61,623 nucleotides of DNA, taken from assembly GCA_964405375.1 (NCBI GenBank), contig CAYONQ010000001.1, forward strand, positions 1 to 61,623. The letters run 5' to 3'. The notes below the pieces were generated by a model that did no database searches, was not told where the DNA came from, and saw only the letters and a list, made by a program, of their open reading frames with translations. Both the position numbers and the translations under genes were made by a program. The DNA is from an uncultured Pirellulales bacterium (lineage in GTDB: Bacteria > Planctomycetota > Phycisphaerae > Sedimentisphaerales > Anaerobacaceae). Below, piece by piece: positions 28,097 to 38,378 of the stretch (within the stretch, counting starts at the first letter, position 1; each line of letters begins with the position of its first letter).

Positions 28097-29752
28097 ATGG
28101 CTGATTATTCAACGAGTTTAACAGGAGAGAAATTCCCCATACCCCAGAAAGACGAGTACGATGCGGAGTTCAGGCGCATCGAATCGCTGGCAGAGGCGGC
28201 GCGGGCCGAGGGCAAGGAAATCGTTGTGGTGATGGGCCTGGGCTTCGTCGGTGCGGTTATGGCCGCTATCATTGCCGACAGTGTCGATAAGAAAACGGGC
28301 AAACCGAACAAGTTTGTCATCGGCTGTCAGCGGCCAAGCGTTCGAAGCTACTGGAAGGTCCCGCTGTTTAACCAGGGCATCTCACCGGTGAAGGCGGAGG
28401 ACCCTGAGGTCGAGCCGATGATAGCCCGTTGTGTGCTCGAGAAAAAAACGCTTGTCGCCACATACGACAGCGATTGTCTCAAATTAGCCGACTGTGTAGT
28501 TGTGGACGTGCAGTGCGATTATACAAAACAGGACCTCGGCAATATGCGAACCGGAATAGCGGAAATGAAGGCCCTGGAAGCAACAATAAAGACCATTGGC
28601 GAAAAGATTCCGCCGAAATGCCTGACGCTTATCGAGACGACTGTTGCTCCCGGCACGACGGAATTCGTTGCACTGCCCATTATGAAAAAGGCATTTGCCG
28701 ACCGCGGCATAGACTCGGAGCCGCTGCTGTCGCACAGCTTTGAGCGGGTTATGCCCGGTAGAGAATACGTCTCATCGATACGGGATTTCTGGCGGGTCTG
28801 CTCCGGCTGTAACGCCGAAGCGAGGCATCGCGTCGAAAAATTTCTACGAGAGGTGCTGAATACCGAAGAATACCCCCTGACCGTTATGGACCGCCCTATC
28901 GAGTCGGAGACCACCAAAATCGTTGAGAATTCCTATCGCGCCACCATATTAGCATTTCTCGACGAGTGGAGCCTGTTTGCGGAGCAAAACGGCGTGGACT
29001 TGATTAAGGTCGTCAAGGCAATAAAGATGCGGCCCACGCACAGCAACATCATATTTCCAGGGCCGGGTATCGGCGGATACTGCCTGCCAAAGGATGGCGG
29101 GCTGGGGTACTGGGCGTACAAGCACATTCTCGGTTTCGACGACGATATCTTCAAGATAACACCAATGGCAATCGACACCAACGACACACGCGGTCTTCGT
29201 GCGGCAACGCTGACAGAAGAGGCCCTGAAAGATATGGGTCGGCAGACAGCCGGCGCAGCCATACTTTTGTGCGGGGCCAGCTATCGGCAGGATGTGGCCG
29301 ACACCCGTTACAGCGGCTCAGAGATAGTCTTTCGCAAGCTGACCGAGATGGGAGCCGATATGCGGGTGCACGACCCGTATCTCGAGCACTGGTTCGAGCT
29401 GGAGCAGCAGGACACATACCCAGCCCCCGGTCATTCGTGGGCGAGATTTTTCCGCAATCAGGACAATGTGGTTAATACCCGTGTTCAGAACGACCTTGCC
29501 GCCGCGATTGCCGGTGCCGATGCGGTGATATTGGCCGTGCCGCACGAACCTTACCTTGAACTCGACCCCGACAAAATAGTTGAATGGGTGGGAAAACCGC
29601 TGGCGGTGATTGACTGCTTCGGCATACTGGAAGACGAAAAAATCCGCCGGTATCTCGAACTGGGCTGTGAGGTAAAGGCCCTCGGTCGAGGACACATCAA
29701 ACGTATAAAAGAAGAAATACAAAAAGCAAAAAGCGTATCTCGTGAAGCGTGA
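28097..29752 (+). CDS. Nucleotide-sugar dehydrogenase (UDP-glucose/GDP-mannose dehydrogenase family), long form
   Basis: The Rossmann motif VVMGLGFVGAVMA and the catalytic Cys motif GIGGYCLPKDG are present. At 551 aa it is longer than typical family members. Confidence 0.85.
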   Translation: MADYSTSLTGEKFPIPQKDEYDAEFRRIESLAEAARAEGKEIVVVMGLGFVGAVMAAIIADSVDKKTGKPNKFVIGCQRPSVRSYWKVPLFNQGISPVKAEDPEVEPMIARCVLEKKTLVATYDSDCLKLADCVVVDVQCDYTKQDLGNMRTGIAEMKALEATIKTIGEKIPPKCLTLIETTVAPGTTEFVALPIMKKAFADRGIDSEPLLSHSFERVMPGREYVSSIRDFWRVCSGCNAEARHRVEKFLREVLNTEEYPLTVMDRPIESETTKIVENSYRATILAFLDEWSLFAEQNGVDLIKVVKAIKMRPTHSNIIFPGPGIGGYCLPKDGGLGYWAYKHILGFDDDIFKITPMAIDTNDTRGLRAATLTEEALKDMGRQTAGAAILLCGASYRQDVADTRYSGSEIVFRKLTEMGADMRVHDPYLEHWFELEQQDTYPAPGHSWARFFRNQDNVVNTRVQNDLAAAIAGADAVILAVPHEPYLELDPDKIVEWVGKPLAVIDCFGILEDEKIRRYLELGCEVKALGRGHIKRIKEEIQKAKSVSREA

Positions 29753-29768
29753 AGTGTATCTCGAACTA
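29734..29768 (+). repeat. Heptad array (cgtatct cgtgaag cgtgaag tgtatct cgaacta) containing the dehydrogenase stop codon
   Basis: Five in-phase 7-bp units use the same words as 6564-6598. The TGA at 29750-29752 lies inside a cgtgaag unit. Confidence 0.8.
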
Positions 29769-29816
29769 AATCCGGGGTATAAATGTTATCCCTACAGTAA
29801 GCAGGGGGAATGGAAA

Positions 29817-31988
29817 ATGTATAAAAAATGTATAGTGGCATTCGGTTTGGTTTTGGTGATGCTTTTTCCTGCCGAACCGGCAGCAGCGAAGACTGTCACC
29901 ACGAAGTGGGAAGGCAATGCGGAGACAATATATGATACCGGTTTTGTGCATATGCTCAGAAAATATCCCGGCGAAGGCGTAGGGCTGTTCAATATAGACC
30001 TTATCGAGAACGATTCACCCGGTGCAGGGGCCAGTGAAAAAGGTGTGTACCAGGATGTCGTATGGGGCAAAAACAGGGCGAGAAAATTGCTTTATCTGGA
30101 CGAACCTCGTGCCGAAAATGCCTTCCTTGTGATTCTCTGCAGCAGGGGTAAACATCCTCTGCGGTTCAGAATAAATAACAATGACGGCCGGGAGAATAAG
30201 TGGGTTACTTCAATGTCTCCTGAGTACACGGTCCAGTGGAGCCAATTCCCCGCAGAGTGGCTCACCAACGGTGAGAATATCATCGAATTATATTGCCCCG
30301 AGGCCGAGTCCGCAAAAGAAGGATGGAGCATCTACCTTTCCCGTGCCGATGAGTTCGAGATTGGCGGCGGCGACCCTGAACATGTGGGCGAAACATCGTT
30401 TAAGTCGTTCGACGACGGCAAATCCTGGAAGCAAAGTCCTTTCGGCCCCGATGGAAAGCTCAGGGCGGAGTACGGTGTGAGAATAAGTCTCGACCGGTAT
30501 GTCAAGACCGGCTGGCTGAAAAGCCCTGTAATCGACCTCTGGCGGGGAGACTCCAAAGACTTCATAGTGCCGGTACGCATAGTAAAGAAAGTGAGGATTG
30601 TAATTCGGTCCGAAGTTCCTGCCGGGACAGGCATTGAGTATTACCTCCGCAAAGGCACACATCCAGGCCCATTTTCCGAGGACCGGGGGCCGTATGAACC
30701 GATTGGCAGCGGAGAATCCGTCGATATTGAGTTGGACGACAAGAATATGAGCGGCCGTTTTATTCAACTCAAGGCCGTACTTTCCACAACCAATCCGCTA
30801 AAAACACCTCTGGTAAAACATGCTTCTGTAACAGTTGAACTTCTCCAAGGTGGGCCTTCTCACGACAGCATAACGGTCTTGAAGGCGGAAAATCCAATCA
30901 TCAAGTACTCTTCAATAGACTTCGAATGGGAAAAAGCCGACAGGCCTGAGTTCAAAGAGCTTCGCAATCGCGAAAATCTCGACGCCGTCTCCGCAGGCAG
31001 TAAGACCCAATTCGATGCAATGATTAAACTTCTCGAGTACGCCACAACGCGAGACTATCCAAGTTACCAGCATCCGCGACCCGAGTATCCCAGATGGGAT
31101 GCACTGTCGATTCTTGACCATATCGATAAACACGGCACGGCCGGTTTTTGTCTTCAGCACAACCTCTTACTTAGCGGCTTGTGTATGGCATACGGCTGGC
31201 AAGGACATTTTATGAATGCGAAGAACCACGAGATAATCGATGTCTGGAGCGATGATTTTGCCAAGTGGGTGTATCTGGATGCCAGCTACTACAACCATTA
31301 TTTTTTCAATACGAAAACAGGGGAACCAATGAGTATTCTTGACCTTCATAACGCCTACCTTGATTACTTTTTCCCCGACCGTGCTATTGACTGGGCCAAC
31401 GACGATGTTAGCTGGCCCAGCGCTCTGGAGATTATTAAGCAGAGGAAGGACCCACCACCAGTGAAACGCAGTTCCACCACGTATCAGGATAATGAAAAGG
31501 TTGGATATATGGGTTTTGTAAACGCCGTTTTTATGCGGATGGTGCCGCGCAACAATTTTTATGAAAAGCCGTATCCAATACCGTTTAATCAGGGCTGTTC
31601 ACCGACGGCGTGGACCGGTTACGTCAACTGGTATGACGACCGCACGCCGCCTATGCGTCAGTTCCGTTGGTACACCGACCGGCCCCGTGATATGTGGCCC
31701 GACCTGAATCTCGTTCACGTCGATGCTACAATGGCCCACAGCAATAAGTTTCTTTACCTGCGTTTCGAGACCTATACACCCAATTTCAGTCACTTTGAAG
31801 TGGATGAAAACGACGGCGGCTGGAAAAGAATAGAGGGCGACCGCTGGACATGGGTCCTTGCATCGGGCAATAATACCCTCCGTGTCCGAGCGATGAACAA
31901 GCTTGGGGCCAGAGGCAATCCGTCGGTGTTTGAGGTCTGCCGCCATAATGTCCCTTTAATAGAAAAAGGCAGATTCTCTGACGATTGA
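29817..31988 (+). CDS. Secreted protein with a transglutaminase-like Cys-His-Asp core
   Basis: A signal peptide follows MYKKCIVAFGLVLVMLFPAEPAAA. The core GFCLQHNLLLSGL...NHEIIDVW...WVYLDAS matches the transglutaminase-like C/H/D spacing. The start was set at ATG 29817 with RBS ggggga. Confidence 0.6.
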   Translation: MYKKCIVAFGLVLVMLFPAEPAAAKTVTTKWEGNAETIYDTGFVHMLRKYPGEGVGLFNIDLIENDSPGAGASEKGVYQDVVWGKNRARKLLYLDEPRAENAFLVILCSRGKHPLRFRINNNDGRENKWVTSMSPEYTVQWSQFPAEWLTNGENIIELYCPEAESAKEGWSIYLSRADEFEIGGGDPEHVGETSFKSFDDGKSWKQSPFGPDGKLRAEYGVRISLDRYVKTGWLKSPVIDLWRGDSKDFIVPVRIVKKVRIVIRSEVPAGTGIEYYLRKGTHPGPFSEDRGPYEPIGSGESVDIELDDKNMSGRFIQLKAVLSTTNPLKTPLVKHASVTVELLQGGPSHDSITVLKAENPIIKYSSIDFEWEKADRPEFKELRNRENLDAVSAGSKTQFDAMIKLLEYATTRDYPSYQHPRPEYPRWDALSILDHIDKHGTAGFCLQHNLLLSGLCMAYGWQGHFMNAKNHEIIDVWSDDFAKWVYLDASYYNHYFFNTKTGEPMSILDLHNAYLDYFFPDRAIDWANDDVSWPSALEIIKQRKDPPPVKRSSTTYQDNEKVGYMGFVNAVFMRMVPRNNFYEKPYPIPFNQGCSPTAWTGYVNWYDDRTPPMRQFRWYTDRPRDMWPDLNLVHVDATMAHSNKFLYLRFETYTPNFSHFEVDENDGGWKRIEGDRWTWVLASGNNTLRVRAMNKLGARGNPSVFEVCRHNVPLIEKGRFSDD

Positions 31989-31994
31989 GGACAA

Positions 31995-33047
31995 ATGGAT
32001 ATTAAGAACAAGCGAATAGCTATTCTGGCGCCGGTGGCGTGGCGGACACCGCCTCGGGCATACGGCGCCTGGGAGACCGTCGCCGGCAATATCACAGAAG
32101 GATTAGTGGCTCGTGGCTGGAAAAACGTAACACTTTTTGCAACTAAAGAATCAATAACAAACGCTAAACTTGTCGGCTTTGTCGAGAGGGGCTACGAAGA
32201 AGACAAAACACAAATCCCGCTGGTATCCACCTGCCTGCACATCTCCAAATGTTTACAGCGGGCTGACGAATTCGACCTGATTCATAGCAACTTCGATTAT
32301 CTGCCGTTAACCTACCTTCCGTTCATAAAGACCCCGATGCTGACCACCATTCACGGCTTCTCCGACCCGGACATACTGCGGGTTTATCACGACCACAAAG
32401 ATACTTACTACGCCTCCATCAGTGACTCCGACAGGGACCCTGATTTGCCTTACCTTGCGACGGTTTATAACGGTATTGACCTTTCCAATCTCACCTTCAG
32501 AGAGACACCAGGCGATAAGCTCGTACATTACGGGCGCATACACCTTGATAAGGGGACACATCTGGCCATTGAAGTTGCTAAAAAATGCGGACGGGACCTG
32601 ATAATAGCGGGTATAATCCAGGACCAGGAGTACTTCGACAAGCTTATCAAACCCCACATCAATGACACTTCGATTAAGTTTATCGGCCCGGTTGACCCTG
32701 TTCAGCGTAATGCGCTTCTCAAGGAGGCGTATGCGGTTATTCATCTTAATACCATCCCGGAGCGGTTCGGCCTGGTAATGGCTGAATCGATGGCGGCGGG
32801 CGTGCCGGTAATTGCGATGGATTTGGGCTCCTGCAGGGAGGTTATCGCAGATGGGCAGACCGGCTATTTAGTCAACAGCGTGGACGAAGCGGTAGAGCGT
32901 GTCGGCAAAATCGAGCGTATCGAACGTAAAAAATGCCGTCAGCGTGTAGAAGAGAACTTTACCATCGATTGTATGGTCGAGGGCTACGAAAAGGTGTACG
33001 AGGAAATCTTTCGAAAAGAAGCTCAAAAGAAAAGACCATCGAAGTGA
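31995..33047 (+). CDS. Glycosyltransferase family 4 (GT-B)
   Basis: The C-terminal motif is PERFGLVMAESMAAGVPVIAMDLGSCREVIADGQTGYLV. Confidence 0.85.
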   Translation: MDIKNKRIAILAPVAWRTPPRAYGAWETVAGNITEGLVARGWKNVTLFATKESITNAKLVGFVERGYEEDKTQIPLVSTCLHISKCLQRADEFDLIHSNFDYLPLTYLPFIKTPMLTTIHGFSDPDILRVYHDHKDTYYASISDSDRDPDLPYLATVYNGIDLSNLTFRETPGDKLVHYGRIHLDKGTHLAIEVAKKCGRDLIIAGIIQDQEYFDKLIKPHINDTSIKFIGPVDPVQRNALLKEAYAVIHLNTIPERFGLVMAESMAAGVPVIAMDLGSCREVIADGQTGYLVNSVDEAVERVGKIERIERKKCRQRVEENFTIDCMVEGYEKVYEEIFRKEAQKKRPSK

Positions 33048-33107
33048 CGCCGCTAAATAAGGCGCCGTTGTAACGAATACAGCTAAATCGAGGTTGTTTC
33101 CCCGCTA

Positions 33108-34763
33108 ATGGAGCGACCAGTCAACAAACCATTTATCCTTTTAATTTACGTGGTTTTGGCTGTGGTCACGTTCATCGCCTTTGAGCCGGCTCGTCTAAAC
33201 GGCTTTGTCAACTACGATGACGACGATTACGTTACCAAAAACCCACAGGTGTCAGCAGGAATAACGCCTGAATCCGTTAGATGGGCCTTCACCACGCCAT
33301 ATATGGCCAACTGGCATCCGTTGACCTGGCTAAGCCACATGCTGGACTGCGAGCTTTTCGGGTTAAACTCTCTCTGGCACCACCTGACCAGTTTGTCATT
33401 TCACATAGCAAATACACTGCTTCTGTTTTGGGTCCTGAAAAGGACGACGGCAGCGGTCTGGCAAAGTGCGTTTGTGGCGGCGGCGTTTGCCCTGCACCCT
33501 TTGCGCGTCGAGTCCGTTGCGTGGGTAGCCGAACGCAAGGACGTCTTGAGCGGCTTTTTCTGGATGCTGACTATGGCTCTCTACGTTCGATACACCGAGC
33601 GTGTCAGTATCGGCAGATACATAGCGGTATTTCTATCTTTTGGGTTGGGGCTTATGGCCAAGCCGATGTTGGTAACCCTGCCGTTTGTGCTGTTGCTTTT
33701 AGACTATTGGCCTCTTGGACGTTTCCAGTTTGGTCAAGATGCCGGCTACAGGTCATTGTTTCACCTGGTCAGGGAGAAGGTTCCTCTCTTTGTCCTTTCG
33801 GTAGCATCAAGTGTGGTTACCTTTATCATCCAGCAAAGTGCCGGTGCAATGAAGCCGGCGGAGAGCTTCGGCCTGAGTACTCGCATATCAAACGCCATTG
33901 TTTCTTATATGGGGTATATCTTCAAGATAATATGCCCCAGTGGTCTGGCGCCTCTGTATCCACACCCGGGCGGTAATTTGCCTCGATGGCAGCCGATAGT
34001 CTTCTTTGTGATATTAGCTGTTGCATCAGCAGCCGTAATTTATATGCGCCGGCGTTACCTTATAGCGGGCTGGCTGTGGTATCTCGGAACGCTGGTACCG
34101 GTTATCGGGCTGGTGCAGGTGGGCGAGCAGGCAATGGCCGACCGCTACACTTATCTGCCGTCGATTGGAATCTTCATTATGGTCGGCTGGGGTGCTAACG
34201 AACTTTTAGAGCGGTGGCGATACCGAAAAATGGGGCTTGGAATATCAGCAGCAATGGTGTTAGCTGCCTTACTAATATGCACCCGAACGCAGGTGCGATA
34301 CTGGCAAAACAACTTAACCCTGTTCAAGCATACAATTGAAGTAACCAGCAACAATTTCGTTATGCACAGCAATTATGGAAATGCTCTGCTCGAAGAGGGC
34401 AGGATTGAGCCGGCGATTGAAAATTATAATGAGGGGCTGCGGATTAAACCTAATTACGCCGCCGCCATTAACAATCTTGCCTGGATTCTGGCCACTACCG
34501 AAGATGTGAGGTTTCGCAATCCAGCCGACGCTGTTAAACTTGCCCAGAGAGCGTGTGTACTTACCAATCATAAAGACGCTGAGGCACTGGATACGTTAGC
34601 TGCCGCCTATGCTGCGGCGGGCAGATTCGAGAAGGCGACAGAGACCGCTGAAAAGGCGCTGGAGCTGGCCGTCTCCGCAGGCAGAAAAGACCTCGCAGCA
34701 GAAATCCGGAACCGGCTGCGACTGTATCAGGCGCACCAGCCGTATCGCCAGAAACAACCTTGA
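33108..34763 (+). CDS. GT-C fold membrane glycosyltransferase with C-terminal TPR repeats (TMTC/DUF1736-like protein O-mannosyltransferase homolog)
   Basis: The first-loop acidic motif is NYDDDDYV. HPLRVESVAWVAERKDVLSGFF resembles the DUF1736 signature. About 10 TM helices are followed by TPR repeats. Confidence 0.7.
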   Translation: MERPVNKPFILLIYVVLAVVTFIAFEPARLNGFVNYDDDDYVTKNPQVSAGITPESVRWAFTTPYMANWHPLTWLSHMLDCELFGLNSLWHHLTSLSFHIANTLLLFWVLKRTTAAVWQSAFVAAAFALHPLRVESVAWVAERKDVLSGFFWMLTMALYVRYTERVSIGRYIAVFLSFGLGLMAKPMLVTLPFVLLLLDYWPLGRFQFGQDAGYRSLFHLVREKVPLFVLSVASSVVTFIIQQSAGAMKPAESFGLSTRISNAIVSYMGYIFKIICPSGLAPLYPHPGGNLPRWQPIVFFVILAVASAAVIYMRRRYLIAGWLWYLGTLVPVIGLVQVGEQAMADRYTYLPSIGIFIMVGWGANELLERWRYRKMGLGISAAMVLAALLICTRTQVRYWQNNLTLFKHTIEVTSNNFVMHSNYGNALLEEGRIEPAIENYNEGLRIKPNYAAAINNLAWILATTEDVRFRNPADAVKLAQRACVLTNHKDAEALDTLAAAYAAAGRFEKATETAEKALELAVSAGRKDLAAEIRNRLRLYQAHQPYRQKQP

Positions 34764-34847
34764 CCAAATAAGAAATGGTACATCGGATTTATCTCTTTTC
34801 GACCTCGTTCAAAAAGTATAAAATAAAATCGGCACCAGAATTAAAAG

Positions 34848-37382
34848 ATGATTGATTTGAACAAAACATTTGAACCAGCTAACCACAAAATACAATTAAG
34901 AATCGCAATCTTTATTATTCTGGTTCTAAGCGCATCTTTTTCCCTTCTCGTCGTAAAGGCGGTGTACGACCCGGATGTCCCATTTTTAAAAATCAATTCC
35001 CGTGCAAACTGGATACTGTATCAGCTTTGCCCTGAGACTAATATCAAAACAGGCAGCTTCATCAACCTCACTACCGAGTTTACCAGGGATTTTGAACTCG
35101 CCGCCGTGCCATCTAAGGTTCATCTACACATTAAAGGCTTCAAGACGTACGATTTATGGATTAACGACGAGCTTTCGTGCAGCTCTAAACCCGAGAGAAA
35201 CTGGAAAAAAACCAATGTGCTGGAGATTTCCCGCTTTCTGAAAGAGGGTGCAAATACGATAAAAGTCGAAGTTACCTGTAAATACGGCCCTGCCGCCCTT
35301 TGGCTCTATACCGAAGGTCTGCAAAATGATATTAAAACAGACACCACCTGGATGGCTTCTATATCGGGCAGCCCCGCTTTTGCCGCAGGCCTGGCGAACG
35401 ATTGCTTTATACATCCAGTCAGCTTGGAAGCCGTGCGACCTCTCAATGCGCTGGCTAAAAAGCTCCCAATGTTGATTCTGTTTTTTGTTCTCTCCTGCAC
35501 AGTCTTTTGGCTGTACAATTACAAGCAAAAAGAGGCGAAACCCAACAGTCTGCCGGCTCTAAGGTTTTTGACGTTCACCCCGAAATCCGTTTTGATAATC
35601 TCGATTATACTTTGGACAATATTATTCATAAACAACCTCCCCAGAATAATGCCTCTTGAACTGGGCTTTGACGCCCCCGAACACATTGAGTATGTACAGT
35701 ATCTTCTCAAGCATCATTCTCTTCCCCTTGCAAACCACGGGTGGGAAATGTATCAGCCGCCGTTGTTTTATATTCTTTCAACGCTGATTTTTTCTTTTGC
35801 CAGGCTCATCTTCTACAATGAGAACGCCTACTTCTCGTTACATCTGATTCCATTTCTCTGCGGCATCGGCCAAATTTATCTTGCCTACCTCGCGGCTCGA
35901 ATACTTTTTTCCAACAGCAAAACCGCACAGGCCGTCTCAGTGGCTATGGCGGCCCTGATACCTATGAACATTTACATCTCTCACTACTTTTCCAACGAGT
36001 CCCTCTGTGCCTTCCTGATGGGTCTGTCAATACTCGCTGCGATAATAATACTTAATAGTGACCGGATCTCATCGAGACAGTTTGCTCTGCTCGGCTTGGT
36101 TACAGGATTGGCCCTGCTGACAAAATTTACCGCCTTGACTATATTGCCCGTTATCTCGTTGATACTTCTATACAAACTGCTGTCCGAAGAAAAATGCCCC
36201 TTAGCCACGCTTGCCAGGCATTTTGGCCTGATGTTTGTGCTTATAGCTGTTATAGCGGGCTGGTTCTACGTACGCAACTGGGTGCATTTCGGAAAGGTCT
36301 TCGTCGGCAACTGGGATGCCTCGGCGGGATTTCATTGGTGGCAAGACCCCGGATACCATACCTACAAATACTTTTGCCGATTCGGTAAAGTATTTTCTCT
36401 ACCCTACTTTGCCGGCAGCTACTCGCTGTTTGATTCCCTCTATTCAACCTTTTGGGGTGACAGCCAATTAGGTGGAATGGCAACGTATGCTGACCGCCCC
36501 CCGTGGAACTACGAATATGCGTCCACAGTTTATCTGCTCGCAATACCAGCAACACTGGCAATTGTAATTGGAGCGTTCCGCGCAGCCGGTAAGGCAATAT
36601 TCCATACCAGCAAAAACTGGTTGTTAATCCTGTTCTGCATTTTTGCCATAATCTGCAGCATAGTTTATATTAACCTTCGGCTGCCCTACTACGGCCAGGC
36701 AAAGGCCTTCTACGGCCTTTCCGCTATGCTGCCAATAAGTCTAATCTTCGCACTCGGATTTAATACTCTCGACAAATGGCTCAAGAATAAAAACCTGCTC
36801 TTCCTGCGGACCGCTCTTTATGGCTGGTTCGGCACACTGGTGCTGACGGTATTGTTCTCCTTGCTTGTAAGGGCCGGTCAAATGCAAGCGCCACCTGACC
36901 CGTTTGTCCTTGCCGAACAGGGCAAACTCAGCTATGCCATCACGCATTATACCCAATTGCTGCGCGATGACCCCGGCGACCGCAACAGCCACTACGAATT
37001 AGCAACGGCTTATGCCCTGCAGGGTGAATACAATAAAGCGGTTGAACACTACAGAAAAGCCGTTCAGCTAAGAGGCGACTGGCCTGAGGCGCTAACCAAT
37101 CTTGCTTTGGTGTTGGCAAACAAACCGGATGCCAGCCATTCCGACAAGGCCCAAGCTGTTCAATACGCCGAACGCTGCTGCCAACTGACCGGCTACCTGC
37201 GAATCGAACCGTTAAAAACACTTGCTGCCGCCTATGCTGCGGCGGGCAGATTCGAGGAGACGACAGAAACCGCTGAAAAGGCGATAGAAGTGGCCGTCTC
37301 CGTAGGCAGAAAAGACCTCGCAGCGGAAATCCAGGACCGGCTGCAATCGTATCAGGCCGGCCAGCCGTATCGCCAGAAGTAA
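34848..37382 (+). CDS. GT-C fold (PMT_2/ArnT-like) membrane glycosyltransferase with an N-terminal extracytoplasmic beta-sandwich-like domain and C-terminal TPR repeats
   Basis: Many TM helices are present, with the loop ELGFDAPEHIEYVQYL. The C-terminal TPR is nearly identical to that of the upstream gene. Confidence 0.65.
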   Translation: MIDLNKTFEPANHKIQLRIAIFIILVLSASFSLLVVKAVYDPDVPFLKINSRANWILYQLCPETNIKTGSFINLTTEFTRDFELAAVPSKVHLHIKGFKTYDLWINDELSCSSKPERNWKKTNVLEISRFLKEGANTIKVEVTCKYGPAALWLYTEGLQNDIKTDTTWMASISGSPAFAAGLANDCFIHPVSLEAVRPLNALAKKLPMLILFFVLSCTVFWLYNYKQKEAKPNSLPALRFLTFTPKSVLIISIILWTILFINNLPRIMPLELGFDAPEHIEYVQYLLKHHSLPLANHGWEMYQPPLFYILSTLIFSFARLIFYNENAYFSLHLIPFLCGIGQIYLAYLAARILFSNSKTAQAVSVAMAALIPMNIYISHYFSNESLCAFLMGLSILAAIIILNSDRISSRQFALLGLVTGLALLTKFTALTILPVISLILLYKLLSEEKCPLATLARHFGLMFVLIAVIAGWFYVRNWVHFGKVFVGNWDASAGFHWWQDPGYHTYKYFCRFGKVFSLPYFAGSYSLFDSLYSTFWGDSQLGGMATYADRPPWNYEYASTVYLLAIPATLAIVIGAFRAAGKAIFHTSKNWLLILFCIFAIICSIVYINLRLPYYGQAKAFYGLSAMLPISLIFALGFNTLDKWLKNKNLLFLRTALYGWFGTLVLTVLFSLLVRAGQMQAPPDPFVLAEQGKLSYAITHYTQLLRDDPGDRNSHYELATAYALQGEYNKAVEHYRKAVQLRGDWPEALTNLALVLANKPDASHSDKAQAVQYAERCCQLTGYLRIEPLKTLAAAYAAAGRFEETTETAEKAIEVAVSVGRKDLAAEIQDRLQSYQAGQPYRQK

Positions 37383-37401
37383 CATTACTCAAGCAGGCGG
37401 G

Positions 37402-38265
37402 CTATCGCGGCCTTTGAGCCATAAACAGTATGGCCTTTTTATATTTCTCCGGCGATAAGGTTTCTTTCAATATCCTGCGAATCTGGCGCATAGGAGTCCG
37501 CTGGGTTGTGTGCGTGATGACGATATGCTCGTTCTGCAGCTTTTCGATTAGCGCTGCAAACTCGTTGATGTGCATATGCCTGCCTGCCTCTGCCCTGCCG
37601 GTGTGCTCGACATCATAGAAGGTGCACTCGGCGATTAGAATCCTGCTTTCTACGATGTATTTCAACAGCGAGAAATCCACATACTGCGTATCGCCAAGGT
37701 ATGTAACAATCGGAATCTCCAGCGGGTAATCAATCTCAATGCCCTGTTTTTTCAACTCGACGATTTGCGGTCCTGTAAGCTTTGCATACTCTGGCTTGAG
37801 CTTCTTTCGCCTCTCGATTACGCTGTAACCGACGGAGCCCTTGCTGTGTTTCGTCGGGAATACTCTGGTAAAGAGATTCGGCTTTATCTGGTATTCGTCG
37901 CCGGCTTTTACACCGACGAGATTGGCAGGTATTCTATTGCCGTCCAGCCGGCTCCATGCGTCGATGATTTCCCTCATCGGGCCTAACAAATTTTCAGGGG
38001 CCAGAATCGTTCCTGCAGATTGGCCTGAGAAATTACGGTGTGACAGGTAATACGCAATACCCGCAGCATGGTCCATATGCCCGTGAGTAAGCAGAACGTT
38101 ATTTATGGAGATAACCTGGTTGGGTGCCTTGCCTATATCGAAGCAGACGTCTAATTGCGGCATTGCGACGACTGTCTCTTCACCAGCGACCGAATAGCCG
38201 ATGATTTCCAAATCGTCTATCTTGATATGTACTAAATTGTGGCTTGGCATCGGCCTTTCCTGCAC
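37402..38265 (-). CDS. MBL-fold metallo-hydrolase (RNase Z-like)
   Basis: The HxHxDH motif is in LLTHGHMDHAAG. The C-terminal His/Asp pattern is VITHTT. Confidence 0.8.
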   Translation of the reverse strand: MQERPMPSHNLVHIKIDDLEIIGYSVAGEETVVAMPQLDVCFDIGKAPNQVISINNVLLTHGHMDHAAGIAYYLSHRNFSGQSAGTILAPENLLGPMREIIDAWSRLDGNRIPANLVGVKAGDEYQIKPNLFTRVFPTKHSKGSVGYSVIERRKKLKPEYAKLTGPQIVELKKQGIEIDYPLEIPIVTYLGDTQYVDFSLLKYIVESRILIAECTFYDVEHTGRAEAGRHMHINEFAALIEKLQNEHIVITHTTQRTPMRQIRRILKETLSPEKYKKAILFMAQRPR

Positions 38266-38356
38266 TTACAAAGACCTGATATTAGTGATAAGCGTTAGTG
38301 GTGTCAATTTGTTTCTCACAACCGCTTGCGAACTGCCGAAGGGCGGGTTACCATAT

Positions 38357-38377
38357 TACGAGATACGAGATACGAAC
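38357..38377 (+). repeat. Heptad array tacgaga tacgaga tacgaac ending 1 nt before the ATG at 38379
   Basis: It is the reverse complement of the gtatctcgt word family seen at 6564-6598 and 29734-29768. Confidence 0.75.
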
Positions 38378-38378
38378 T

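Noticed and set aside
27666-28112. Antisense ORFs overlapping both copies of the acidic-protein gene (also 45521-45763), which look 'conserved' between copies
   Set aside because: Their conservation is a by-product of the inverted DNA duplication. Composition and lack of start context argue against coding.
33281-33976. 231-aa alternative-frame ORF within the TMTC-like gene
   Set aside because: It is on the same strand in a shifted frame, with an Arg/Gly/Cys-rich composition typical of out-of-frame translation. The main frame has clear TM/GT-C features.
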